NCBI GenBank assembly: GCA_964016885.1
Contig: OZ024749.1
Location: 35,712,001-35,776,000 of the forward strand
DNA from: Eledone cirrhosa
Lineage: Eukaryota
Reading direction: 5' to 3'
DNA: 64,000 nt
The notes beneath the pieces are model-generated. The model was not told the DNA's origin, did no database searches, and worked only from the letters and a program-made list of their open reading frames with translations. Made by a program: the position numbers and the translations under genes. The stretch's first letter is position 1. Every line of letters starts with the position of its first letter. This document shows positions 40,410-54,215 of the stretch, piece after piece.

Positions 40410-40449
<40 letters not shown>

Positions 40450-40736
40450 GAAGAAGAAGAGCAACAACAACAACAATAAAAGCAACGATAACACCAGCAA
40501 CAACAACACCAGCAGCAATAACAACACTAGCAACAACAACACCAGCAGCAGCAACAACACTAGCAGCAGCAACAACAACAACAATGACAATAGCAACAAT
40601 GACAAAAAGAACAACAACAACAACAACAACAAGAAAAAATATGTACTGCAACATGTAGAAGCAGGAAATTAATTTTCAGTGAGTTTCTCTGTTATTTTAC
40701 AGTTGTTCTTTCTGTTGTTTTTTCTAACTGAATACA

Positions 40737-41806
40737 GGACGTTTGTGGTTGGTGTCTACTGGTATCTAGGGTGAGTGAGGGAGAGAGAGGGGACAGCTGT
40801 GGTTGGTGTCTACTGGTATCTAGGGTGAGAGAGGGAGAGAGAGAGGACAGCTGTGGTTGGTGTCTACTGGTATTTAGGGTGAGAGAGGGAGAGAGAGAGG
40901 ACAGCTGTGGTTGGTGTCTACTGGTATCTAGGGTGAGTGAGGGAGAGAGAGGGGACAGCTGTGGTTGGTGTCTACTGGTATCTAGGGTGAGTGAGGGAGA
41001 GAGAGAGGACAGCTGTGGTTGGTGTCTACTGGTATCTAGGGTGAGAGAGAGAGAGAGAGAGAGGACAGCTGTGGTTGGTGTCTACTGGTATCTAGGGTGA
41101 GGGAGAGAGAGAGAGAGGACAGCTGTGGTTGGTGTCTACTGGTATCTAGGGTGAGGGAGGGAGAGAGAGAGGGGACAGCTGTGGTTGGTGTCTACTGGTA
41201 TCTAGGGTGAGTGAGGGAGAGAGAGAGAGGACAGCTGTGGTTGGTGTCTACTGGTATCTAGGGTGAGGGAGAGAGAGAGAGAGAGGACAGCTGTGGTTGG
41301 TGTCTACTGGTATCTAGGGTGAGTGAGAGAGAGAGAGAGAGAGGACAGCTGTGGTTGGTGTCTACTGGTATCTAGGGTGAGTGAGAGAGAGAGAGAGAGG
41401 ACAGCTGTGGTTGGTGTCTACTGGTATCTAGGGTGAGTGAGGGAGAGAGGACAGCTGTGGTTGGTGTCTACTGGTATCTAGGGTGAGAGAGAGAGAGAGA
41501 GAGAGAGGACAGCTGTGGTTGGTGTCTACTGGTATCTAGGGTGAGTGAGGGAGAAAGAGAGGACAGCTGTGGTTGGTGTCTACTGGTATCTAGGGTGAGA
41601 GAGAGAGAGAGGACAGCTGTGGTTGGTGTCTACTGGTATCTAGGGTGAGAGAGAGAGAGAGAGGACAGCTGTGGTTGGTGTCTACTGGTATCTAGGGTGA
41701 GGGAGAGAGAGAGAGAGAGGACAGCTGTGGTTGGTGTCTACTGGTATCTAGGGTGAGGGAGAGAGAGAGAGAGAGGACAGCTGTGGTTGGTGTCTACTGG
41801 TATCTA

Positions 41807-41846
<40 letters not shown>

Positions 41847-43440
41847 AGCTGTGGTTGGTGTCTACTGGTATCTAGGGTGAGGGAGAGAGAGAGAGAGGGG
41901 ACAGCTGTGGTTGGTGTCTACTGGTATCTAGGGTGAGGGAGAGAGAGAGAGAGAGGACAGCTGTGGTTGGTGTCTACTGGTATCTAGGGTGAGTGAGAGA
42001 GAGAGAGAGAGAGGACAGCTGTGGTTGGTGTCTACTGGTATCTAGGGTGAGGGAGGGAGAGAGAGAGGGGACAGCTGTGGTTGGTGTCTACTGGTATCTA
42101 GGGTGAGGGAGAGAGAGAGAGAGGACAGCTGTGGTTGGTGTCTACTGGTATCTAGGGTGAGTGAGAGAGAGAGAGGACAGCTGTGGTTGGTGTCTACTGG
42201 TATCTAGGGTGAGTGAGAGAGAGAGAGAGAGGACAGCTGTGGTTGGTGTCTACTGGTATCTAGGGTGAGTGAGGGAGAGAGAGAGAGGACAGCTGTGGTT
42301 GGTGTCTACTGGTATCTAGGGTGAGGGAGAGAGAGAGAGAGAGGACAGCTGTGGTTGGTGTCTACTGGTATCTAGGGTGAGGGAGAGAGAGAGAGAGAGA
42401 GGACAGCTGTGGTTGGTGTCTACTGGTATCTAGGGTGAGTGAGGGAGAGAGAGAGGACAGCTGTGGTTGGTGTCTACTGGTATCTAGGGTGAGGGAGGGA
42501 GAGAGAGAGAGGGGACAGCTGTGGTTGGTGTCTACTGGTATCTAGGGTGAGGGAGGGAGAGAGAGAGGGGACAGCTGTGGTTGGTGTCTACTGGTATCTA
42601 GGGTGAGTGAGGGAGAGAGAGAGGACTGCTGTGGTTGGTGTCTACTGGTATCTAGGGTGAGTGAGGGAGAGAGAGAGGACAGCTGTGGTTGGTGTCTACT
42701 GGTATCTAGGGTGAGTGAGGGAGAGAGAGAGGACAGCTGTGGTTGGTGTCTACTGGTATCTAGGGTGAGTGAGGGAGAGAGAGAGGACAGCTGTGCTTGG
42801 TGTCTACTGGTATCTAGGGTGAGTGAGGGAGAGAGAGAGGACAGCTGTGGTTGGTGTCTACTGGTATCTAGGGTGAGGGAGAGAGAGAGAGAGAGGGTAC
42901 ACCTGTGGTTGGTGTCTACTGGTATCTAGGGTGAGAGAGGGAGAGAGAGAGGACAGCTGTGCTTGGTGTCTACTGGTATCTAGGGTGAGTGAGGGAGAGA
43001 GAGAGGACAGCTGTGCTTGTTGTCTACTGGTATCTAGGGTGAGTGAGGGAGAGAGAGAGGACAGCTGTGGTTGGTGTCTACTGGTATCTAGGGTGAGTGA
43101 GGGAGAGAGAGAGGACAGCTGTGGTTGGTGTCTACTGGTATCTAGGGTGAGTGAGGGAGAGAGGGGTCAGCTGTGGTTGGTGTCTACTGGAATCTAGGGT
43201 GAGTGAGAGAGAGAGAGAGAGAGAGAGGACAGCTGTGGTTGGTGTCTACTGATATCTAGGGTGAGTGAGGGAGAGAGAGAGAGGACAGCTGTGGTTGGTG
43301 TCTACTGGTATCTAGGGTGAGGGAGGGAGAGAGAGAGGGGACAGCTGTGGTTGGTGTCTACTGGTATCTAGGGTGAGGGAGGGAGAGAGAGAGAGGACAG
43401 CTGTGGTTGGTGTCTACTGGTATCTAGGGTGAGTGAGAGA
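40737..43440. repeat. Composite satellite: constant 38-nt unit plus variable-length (GA)n, ~50 copies
   Basis: ggacagctgtggttggtgtctactggtatctagggtga is repeated almost invariantly; degenerate copies continue to about 43700. Confidence 0.97.
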
Positions 43441-44069
43441 GAGAGGTAGGGCGGTAGTATAACTGTGGTTGATATCTCATGATATCTGTGGTGGGAGGGA
43501 GAGAGAGGAGAACTATTAAGGTAGAATAACCATGGTTGGTGTCTACTAGTATCTGTGGCATGAGGGGGAGAGGAGGAGAAGTAGTAAGGTGGAATAACTG
43601 TGGTTGATATCACATGATATCTGTGGTGTGAGGTAGAGAGGAGGAGAGGTAGGGAGGTGGAATGACTGTGATTGCTATCTATTGATATCTGTGGTGTGTG
43701 ATAAATAAGTAGGTAGATATGTTGAGAGGGAGATTATAGATAGATAAGTAGAGTGAGAGAGAGACAGACAGACAAATAGATACAAAGAAATAATTAGAAG
43801 AAAAAAGAGAAGAAGAATGAATGAAAGAATGAATGAATGTGGCATGAAAGAAAGAATGAGAAAATAAATGAAAATAAAAGACAAAATGCCATTTAAATAA
43901 AATCGTATTTACAATTGTTATTTGGTGGATATTGTGAAAGATGGCATAGAATAAATATGTCTTTTGATTTTTCTTGAGGAATTGTAAGTTATAAGAATAG
44001 TTTGATAGTAATATAGTATTATTGTGAGGCAGTCATTGAGTTCTAACTATGTAAGGTAGTCAGAGGCCT

Positions 44070-44417
44070 GTTTAATTGTTTCTTAAAACCTACAGTTTCA
44101 CAAATGTGTCCGAACACGGAAAAAGCGAACTCCCACTGACATTGCCTCCATCTCCCTCCCCATCTCTCTGGATTATGAGCAAATGGGGTCCCACATGCTG
44201 GCTGCCTCACAGGCCTGGCAGACAGAATGGAGAAGGCATTTCCCCAGAGGATGGTAAGGGAGATGCGCTGGAAGAGCCATTCCATCTCGCGAGGCTCACA
44301 CCTGCGGCTGGTCAGCTCAGCACCTATGATGGTAAGTAGGGAGGTAGCCGTAGGACCAAGGACAACAGAAGTCTCCACTGCTAACGGCACGACCGCAAAC
44401 CTGTCGGAGAGCGACTG
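44070..44417 (-). mobile_element. CRE-like RLE C-terminus plus 3' region, second copy
   Basis: PLAVETSVVLGPTATSLLTIIGAELTSRRCEPREMEWLFQRISLTILWGNAFSILS. The left boundary is approximate. Confidence 0.7.
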
Positions 44418-45149
44418 ATACTTGGAGAGTGTCCGGAGTTGAATTTCCAGCTATATGTCATGTTCTTGAGCAAGGTATTTCATTTCACATTGCTCCAGTT
44501 ATTGCTCAGCTTAAAAGAAAGCGAGACGTCTTGTAATTCAAAAAGGCCAACAATGTCACACAATAAATCATGCTGGATCTCCTTGAGAACTAACAAGATA
44601 GAACAATGGGCAGTTTTGGGTGATTTCTAATCAGAAGAGTTAAGAAGCAGTGTAAAATGTTAAATAAGATCAATCTTTCTGGAATATTCTAACAAGATAA
44701 TAAAACAGTCAATAATGTTGTCTACATTATGCCAGTCAATAAATTATTTAGTTTAATATATTTTGTATAATATATTGTAAAGACATAAAAGGAGATAATT
44801 TCTAATATAGTAATTGTCTCACTACTGTCTGGTGAATAGGAGTTGAAAATTAAGATTTATGATCTTTCTATCACTGTTTAATATCTATTTTCCATGCTTG
44901 CATGGGTTAGACGGGTTATCACGTTATGAAACTAGTCAGGTTAGGTGACCACTCACTCAGAACATACTGGCATGGACTAAACTAGATTCTATAATAGAAT
45001 TTTGTGGTATGATCACTTGCTGGAGATGCTCATTTGTATATAGAAAAGCAGAAAATATTGACTGGAAGTGGTTATTTTCATATAGTATGAACCTGGTGGT
45101 AGCACTAAGACAGTGTTTAAGTATAATAGAAGTCATCATCAACATCATT

Positions 45150-45470
45150 ATCATCATTTTATGTCTGCTTTTCTCTGCTTGCAAGGGTGGGACGGGAACT
45201 GATTCTGGCTTGATTTCTACAGCTGGATGCCCTTCTTATCACCAATCTCATTTACAGTGAGTGCTGGGTGCTTTTTTCGGTGCACCTCCACGACCACTTT
45301 GCAGTGGAATGATAGGGACCCCAGTCCCTATCATCTCATTTCTACAGCTGAGTAAACTGGAGCAATGTGAAAAAAAGTGTCTTGCTCAAGGAAACAACAC
45401 ATCACCCGGTCTGAGAATTGAACTCACAACTTTTCGATTGCAAGGCCAATGCTCTAACCACTAAGCCATG
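45150..45470 (-). mobile_element. Family B SINE
   Basis: Match to 23649-23998. Confidence 0.9.
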
Positions 45471-46901
45471 AAAACAGAGAGGAAAATAAAAATTTCTCGT
45501 TTCGTTACGAAAATATATTTTTCTTTGTCAGTGAGGCTACCCATATGTTTATTGTATATAAATATATTATATATGTTTAAATATGTTTTCATAAAGGTGG
45601 CAAATTGGCAGAGTTGTTAGAACATCAGATAGAATACTTAATGGTATTCATTCCTGCTCTTGGAGTTCAAATGCCGGCAAGCTCAACTTTGCCTTATACC
45701 CTTTCGAGATCGATAAAAAAAGTACCAGTCTAGTACTGGGATCGATTCTTTCACTATATTTTTTAATCACTTTCTCACTCTCACTTTCTATCTTTCTCTG
45801 AAAAAAAAAAATCTACTATACTCAGTCCTGGAGAGCCGATGGTCTCCGCCAGGCTTAAAATGCTCAAGAAACGCTGTCTGTCAATATGGCGCCCCTACGA
45901 CTCTATCAGTAGTTATGGGCCCATTCCACACCATACGTTTTCATATACACCTCTATTATGTTTAAATGCTGTCTTAGTGCTATCCCCAATTAAATATAAT
46001 CGGCAAAGCTTATACTATATGCAAATGACCATTTCCAGCCACTGTATGCTATATGCAAATGAGCATCTCCAGCAAGTAATCATCCCAGACTATAGTCTAT
46101 TTCACACCAGTACATTCTGAGTGAATGTCATTGATGAAAGATTAACAAATCTTGAAACAGTTCTGTCTGACATTCTCAGATCATACTTGCAACATAGTAA
46201 CATATTCACCTTTTTCAACTTATGCTGATGAAAATGAAGTGCTACATTTTCGTCAGCACAGTTTAAACAAGTTGGTCCTCTGAACCAATGAAATGTATGT
46301 ACCTGGTATGGTACCATTAAAATCCCGCCGAGGTTAACTTTGCCTTTCATCCTTACGGGGTCGATAAAATAAAGTACCAGTAATGCACTGGGTAATTGCT
46401 GGCCTTGTGCCTAAAATAGAAACAATTATAATAACTTGACTTAATAATTATATATATTCATTTTACGTCCGCTTTTCCCTGCTTGCATATATATATATAT
46501 ATATGTGTGTGTGTCTGTGTATATATATGTGTGTGAGTATGTATATATGTATATATATATATGTATGTATATGTATGTATATATTCGTATATATATATGT
46601 ATTTATATATATATATGTATGTATATATGTGTATGTATGTATATATATGTATGTATATATGTGTATGTATGTATATATATGTATGTATATGTGTATGTAT
46701 GTATATATATGTATCTGTATAAATATATATGTATATGTATGTGTGTATATATATATATGTGTGTATATATATATATATATGTGTATGTATATATTAATAT
46801 GTATGTGTATATATATATATATGTGTGTGTGTATATGTATATATACATATGTATATATATATGCATATATGTATCTATGTATGTGTATATATGTATATAT
46901 T

Positions 46902-47017
<116 letters not shown>

Positions 47018-47676
47018 TAAGTATGTATATAGTTCAAGAATAAACAAGACAAACACAGAGATACAAAAACATATATACCCTAGGTTCACACTTGTGTGTA
47101 TATATGTCTGTCTGACTGTGATATATAAAGACATAAAGGTGGGAAATAATTTATATTCTATAATTGCTTTACTTTCTTGTAAATACATGGTAGAAATTTG
47201 AATCTATGATCTTTTGCTAGCTATATCATCATCATCATCATCATCATCAGGTTTAGCGTCCGTGTTCCACGCTTGCATGGGTTTGGACGGGGGTTTTCCC
47301 ACTTGAGGCAAGAGTGGTTGTCTTGCTCGCATAGGACTGTCTGGCGGGTTTTCTACAGCTGGATGCCCTTCCTAACACCAACCACATTTACAGTGTGGGG
47401 CTGGGAGGTTTTTACCGTGTTGCCTACACGGCCACATTTACAGCGTGGACTGTGTGTTTTTTGTCGTGACACCTACACGATCTCATTTGTTTCGGCCTGG
47501 ATGTTGTGGGACCAACATAACTTTACATTGAAAGGGGCGGTGTGGAGGTGGTGGGACGGGGTGTGTTTTGATAGAGGTGCCTACTGACTGCAGTAGGTTT
47601 TTACTTTGTATTTAGGTAAGGCGGGTCTTCTCTATTACTGAGTACCGCCATATATATATATATATGTGTGTGTGTA

Positions 47677-47714
<38 letters not shown>

Positions 47715-47932
47715 ATCCTTTACGCTCTTTCCTTCATTCCTCTACACGTCTTATACACGCCACGCATCTCACTGTACACCCACTTACATCTCTCTCTCCA
47801 CCACCGGATCTTGTCACCCGGAGATTTACCAATCTGTATTGTGAAGGCTTCCAAACGACTTAAAGAAATTTACCTTATTATTCCACAATGCTTCAAGCAA
47901 ACTTCAATACTCTCTTATATATATATATATAT

Positions 47933-47971
<39 letters not shown>

Positions 47972-47981
47972 ATAAATATGT

Positions 47982-48032
<51 letters not shown>

Positions 48033-48135
48033 TATAAATATATATATAAATATATATATATAAATATATATATAAATATATATATATCTGTATGTGTATA
48101 TATATCTATATGTGTATATATATATATATATATAT

Positions 48136-48330
48136 ACAAATAAAGATTCAGCGAGAATCGCATTTTCGGCAGGCAGGAAAAGCGAAGCGAAATGCAAAAA
48201 TCAGAAATGATACTGGCAAAGTGCTCAATAGTTAAAAAGCAGAGCTAAACAATGTGTTAAGAAGCCATACAAAACTGAAAAGGTGGTCAAGAAAGCATTA
48301 ACCACCCAAGCCAAAAACCAAATCAAGCTA

Positions 48331-48335
<5 letters not shown>
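48136..48335 (-). mobile_element. (TA)n-embedded insert with GCTC...GAGC tail motif
   Basis: Terminal ttcagcgagaatcgcattttcggc resembles the termini at about 51100 and 57333. Confidence 0.5.
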
Positions 48336-48399
<64 letters not shown>

Positions 48400-48568
48400 A
48401 ATATATATATATACACACATATATGTGTGTATATCAATATATATATATATAGAGAGAGAGAGAGACATACACACATATAGGTATATATATCTGTATACAT
48501 GCATGTATGTGTGTGGTGTGAGTATATATATATACATATAATTATGTATATGTGTTGAAATGTGTTTG

Positions 48569-48604
<36 letters not shown>

Positions 48605-48765
48605 GAGTAAATATATATATTTATGTATATGAGGATGTATGTATATGTGTTGAAATGTTTGTATGTAGATGTATGTATATATATATATATATGTGTGTAT
48701 GTGTGTGGAGTGAATATATATATTTATGTATATGAGGATGTATGTATATGTGTTGGAATGTATGA

Positions 48766-48825
<60 letters not shown>

Positions 48826-49123
48826 TATATGTATGTTGATGTCTATATACAGATGCCGTGTATAAGACCTACCCCTTGCCTACAACTGAAATGACAATAT
48901 CTCTACATCTCCACCACAACATTAACATCTTCAATTAATTCACGTATCATGATTCTTTGATCTCCACATTGATTTCCTATCAATATATTCATCTCTTGAA
49001 TCAATGGCCCTTAGATTTTATCACACAAACTTTATCATTTCAATCCAACACTCAGAAAAATGGTGGCTTTACTTTGGTTATCATTTTTTACTACTTCTAC
49101 TACTACTACTACTACTACTACTG

Positions 49124-49155
<32 letters not shown>

Positions 49156-49224
49156 ACTGCTACTACTACTACTGCTGTTACTACTATTACAACCACCACC
49201 ACCACCACCACCACCACCACCACC

Positions 49225-49273
<49 letters not shown>

Positions 49274-49816
49274 TTAATAATAATAATAATAACAATGTTT
49301 TCTAAATTAAACACAAGGTCACTAATTTTGGAGAGGGGAAAGTCAATTACATTGACCCTAGTATGTGACTGGTACTTTATTTTATTGACCTCAAAAAGTT
49401 GAAAGGCAAATTTCATCTTAACTCAAAGTTGACTGTGATTCAATCTGAACTCAGAACATAACTATACTAATCAATTGTAATTTTTCCCCAGGGCTCATGA
49501 TCATAAGGTCATATGTTCAATTTGTAGCAATGCACTGTGTCCTTGAGCAAGGTACTTCTTTTCCATGTTGCTCCAGTCCACCCAGCTGGAAAAAAATGGG
49601 TTGTACATCTAATTCAATGGTTTAGTCTTGTGACTCAGTGAATCACCCCGAGAACTACAATAAGAGTTCACATGACTGTGGAATGCTCAGCCACTTGCAC
49701 ATTAACTTCAAGAGCAGGCTGTTCTGTTGGTCAAAGAACTGGAATACTTGTCATTGGTACTGATAGAGGTCCAACACTCACACACATACACAAGTGTGTG
49801 TATGTGACTATGTAAC

Positions 49817-49953
49817 AGTACTACAATGACACCATACCAAGCATTGTATGTTTCATTCATCCAGAGGACCAACTTATTCAATCTGTGCGAAACAAGTTGG
49901 TCCTCAGGACCTATGAAACATATGACACTGGTATGGCACTGTTGTAGTAACTG
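49817..49953. repeat. Degenerate inverted repeat (~55-bp arms) containing a hammerhead-like 3' half (GAAA caag TT ggtcc)
   Basis: Imperfect arms; related sequence at about 46262-46315. Confidence 0.55.
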
Positions 49954-50196
49954 GCCTTAATAATTATATAAAAACTTGCGCTAGGGACTTGAGTTGCTCT
50001 ATACCTTGAATATCTTTACCAAATTTACCAAACTATTACTACTATATACATATATATGTATTAGAATTGGAGCTCTGAAATAGCAATATATATATGGATG
50101 TATATATAATGTATTTTGCAATACACTTTATGCTTAATTAAAAGCATTTTGAAGACCGTAAGCTATTGTTTTAAAGTAGTGACAAATTCACTCACT

Positions 50197-50294
50197 TTGA
50201 TCTCAGCAAACAGGGGAGATAAGCCGACATAACATGTTTCGCTTTTGTTGAAGCTTATCAAGGCCAACTACCCCCACCTGTCTACTGAGATCAA
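50197..50294 (-). ncRNA. Variant hammerhead-like motif (UUGAUAA core) on a long G.U-rich helix
   Basis: Minus strand: gttggcc TTGATAA gctt-caacaa-aagc GAAA catg TT atgtcggc, closed by ttgatctcagtagacagg / cctgtttgctgagatcaa. Confidence 0.45.
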
Positions 50295-50563
50295 TGATGT
50301 TATATTCTTATAGAAATCTAGTAATATATATGTATGTGTGTGACCATATAGCAGCATATCAAAATATATCTCTATAGATAGTCACCGACTTCCAATTACT
50401 CAAACACATATATACAAATATACATATATAGAAACATACACATATACACTTGTACATATATACAGATACATACATACAGATATACACATACATATACACA
50501 TATACGTACATATACATGGTTCCAGTACACATATACAAAATAAATCTAAAAACTATGACATAT

Positions 50564-50877
50564 CATTTCATCATCATCATTTCATTTTACGTCCGCTTTT
50601 TCCCTGCTTGCAAGGGTGGGACGGGAACTGATTCTCGCTTGGTTCTACAGCTGGATGCTCTTCCTAACACCAACCTCATTTACAGTGAGTGCTGGGTGCT
50701 TTTTTGCCATGGCCCCTCCACGACCACTTTGCAGTGGAATGATAGGGACCCCAGTCCCTATCATCTCATTTCTACAGCTGAGTAAACTGGAGCAATGTGA
50801 AATAAAGTGTCTTGCTCAAGGAAACAACACATCACCCGGTCTGAGAATTGAACTCACAACCTTTCGATTGCAAGGCC
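50564..50877 (-). mobile_element. Slightly 5'-truncated family B SINE flanked by a 184-bp direct repeat
   Basis: 50380-50563 matches 50886-51069, with one mismatch seen. Confidence 0.9.
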
Positions 50878-51062
50878 GTCTTGCAAGTCACCGACTTCCA
50901 ATTACTCAAACACATATATACAAATATACATATATAGAAACATACACATATACACTTGTACATATATACAGATACACACATACAGATATACACATACATA
51001 TACACATATACGTACATATACATGGTTCCAGTACACATATACAAAATAAATCTAAAAACTAT

Positions 51063-51094
<32 letters not shown>

Positions 51095-51098
<4 letters not shown>

Positions 51099-51298
51099 TA
51101 AATTAGTGAGAATCGTATTTCGGCTTTGGAAATTAGCGAAAAACAACTTCCGAGATGTGTGGCAAGCGCTCAATAATTCTAACGAACCAGAGCTACAACA
51201 TACGTTAAAAGGCCAAACACACCAAGACGATGGTTAAACCATTATCCGCACAGCCATAGAAACGACCAAGTAATTCGGGTCAAACAAATAAAAAAATG

Positions 51299-51300
<2 letters not shown>
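51095..51300 (-). mobile_element. (TA)n-embedded insert with GCTC...GAGC tail motif
   Basis: Bounded by (TA)n; related to 48136-48335. Confidence 0.5.
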
Positions 51301-51370
<70 letters not shown>

Positions 51371-52364
51371 ATAGTTTAATGACACAGGAAAGTAACATAG
51401 CTGAATATATATAGCAAAATAATAAATAAAAACACAGCAAGCCCATGCAAAATAACACAAAAATACCAAAAAGGCATATGATTTATACCCAAAAAACTAA
51501 AGTGTATCTTAGTAAAAGAGTTGTGTTAGATTTGAGAATCTAAAATTGGTAACTGTTGAAGAGGAGTTAATTCTATTTCTGTGCGTGATACTAGCCAGAG
51601 CAGAGCCTAAATATAAGAAATGTTTGAGAAGAAATTCACAATTATATAGAACATACAACACGTTTGGTAAGACAGTTGCAGGCAGAAGGTGTGTGTATAT
51701 GTATGTGGGTGTATATGTATGTGGGTGCATATGTATGTGGGTGCATATGTATGTGTGTGTAAATGTGTGAATATATATCATCATCATCGTTGTTTTAACA
51801 TTTGCTTTCCCTATTAGCAAGGCTATATATATATACATATACACATATATATATTTATATATATGCTATATATGCATGCATGTGTGTGTATGTATATATG
51901 AATATTTCTAGTATATATATATATATATATATATAATACATTCATGTGTATATATATATATATATTTGTGTGTGTGTGTGTATAACAATAATATGCATGC
52001 CTGTGTGTATGTATATATATATATATGTGTGTATGACAATGATATATATATATATGCATACCCATCCTCACATATATATATATATATGCATATATATATA
52101 TATGTGAGGATGGGTATGTATTAGTTACACAGACATATGTATATGTAGACATAGCTAAAGAGTCATGCTTTAACGAATGAATGTTTGGTTTGTTGCAGTT
52201 GGTTGGTTTGCTAAGACCTGGCAAAAATGGAGATACTTAAGATATGTTTAGATAATCATGTATAATAATAGAATGGCAAATGATAGATTTATTTCTTTAC
52301 TTATTCCTTATTTATCTCTAATTTTTTAAAAATAAAGAAATATATATATAGAAATTCCAGTAGA

Positions 52365-52553
52365 AGGAAGACACAGTAGAGGAAGACCACGAAAACAAGG
52401 GTGGAGGTAGTGAGAGCAGACCTCAGATCGCTGAAACTCACGGAGGAGATGACGAAGGACCGTGACAAGTGGAGAGATGCTGTGCTGAATAGGACCCGTC
52501 TCACCCTTGCAAGCAGGGAAAAGCGGACGTAAAATGATGATGATGATGATGAT
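52365..52553 (+). mobile_element. RTE-clade LINE 3' end
   Basis: RGRPRK..EVVRADLRSLKLTEEMTKDRDKWRDAV...; ends in the same tail as the family B SINE plus (GAT)n. Confidence 0.8.
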
Positions 52554-52574
52554 ATATATATATATATATATTCA

Positions 52575-52866
52575 TTTCATTTCATTTCATTATACGTCCG
52601 CTTTTTCCCTGCTTGCAAGGGTGGGACGGGAACTGATTCTGGCTTGATTTCTACAGCTGGATGCCCTTCCTAACACCAACCTCATTTACAGTGAGTGCTG
52701 GATGCTTTTTTGCTGTGGCACCTCCACGACCACTTTGCAGTGGAATGGTAGGGACCCCAGTCCCTATCATCTCATTTCTACAGCTGAGTAAACTGGAGCA
52801 ATGTGAAATAAAGTGTCTTGCTCAAGGAAACAACACACCACCCGGTCTGAGAATTGAACTCACAAC

Positions 52867-52870
<4 letters not shown>
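52575..52870 (-). mobile_element. Family B SINE (5'-truncated)
   Basis: Match to 23649-23998. Confidence 0.9.
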
Positions 52871-52921
<51 letters not shown>

Positions 52922-53259
52922 CACACACACACATACACACACACACACACGTGTACACATACATACAGATTCCTGAAGCGAATCAGACAAATACAAAACA
53001 TGTTGTCCCGTGTTTTCCGTGTGATTCAAAAACAATCTGAGCAGAAGAACATCTCATTTGACGTCAAATTCATGGATGAATTATCTCTCAATATGATTTA
53101 TTCATACAAGATATATCGTTTCATGTGATTATACACTCATTCATCTTGTAGTGTTATATGAGATTTAGAGCTGAAAGCATTTAATACAAGTTCAGTAGGT
53201 TTCTATGTCATATTCTGTTCTTTTTATAGCAAAACATGCTGTCTAGTGAGTGGAAACGT

Positions 53260-53274
53260 TGTCATCATCATTAT

Positions 53275-53305
<31 letters not shown>

Positions 53306-53670
53306 TTCATCATCTTGTCATCATCATTATAATCATCATCATCATCATCTTCATCATCTTGTCATCATCATTATAATCATCATCATCATCATCATCATCA
53401 TCTTCATCATCATTGTCATCATCATTAAATCCCTCCGAGGTTAACTTTGCCTTTCATCCTTACGGGGTCGATAAAATAAAGTACCAGTAATGCACTGGGG
53501 GTATTTTGCTGGCCTTGTGCCAAAAAGTAGAAACAATTATAATCATCATTGTCATCATCATTATAATCATCATCATCATCATCGTCATCGTCTTCATCAT
53601 CTTGTCATCATCATTATAATCATCATCATCATCATCATCATCGTTGTCATCATCTTGTCATCATCATTAT

Positions 53671-53701
<31 letters not shown>

Positions 53702-53870
53702 TTGTCATCATCATTATAATCATCATCATCATCATCATCGTCGTCATCATCTTGTCATCATCATTATAATCATCATCATCATCATCATCATCTTCATCAT
53801 CTTGTCATCATCATTATAATCATCATCATCATCATCATCATCGTCTTCATCATCTTGTCATCATCATTAT

Positions 53871-53901
<31 letters not shown>

Positions 53902-54215
53902 TTGTCATCATCATTATAATCATCATCATCATCATCATCATCTTCATCATCTTGTCATCATCATTATAATCATCATCATCATCATCATCATCGTCTTCAT
54001 CATCTTGTCATCATCATTATAATCATCATCATCATTGTTGTAGTCATCATCATTGTAATCATCACTGTCATCATCTTGTCATCATTGTCACGATCATCAT
54101 CATCATCTTCATCATCATTGTCACCATCATAATAATCGTCATCATCATCATTGTTGTAGTCATCATCATCACCACCATCATCATCACCATCATCATCATC
54201 ATCATCATCATCATC
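53260..54215. repeat. (CAT)n-based compound tandem repeat, interrupted by a truncated family A SINE at about 53427-53540
   Basis: Recurring cttgtcatcatcattataat(cat)n unit. Confidence 0.95.

Noticed and set aside
40737-43440. CRISPR-like repeat-spacer array
   Set aside because: Spacers are only (GA)n variants rather than unique sequences. There are no cas genes and the context is eukaryotic.
52968-53128. Terminal coding exon (FLKRIRQIQNML...)
   Set aside because: No pyrimidine tract before the AG and no recognisable homology.
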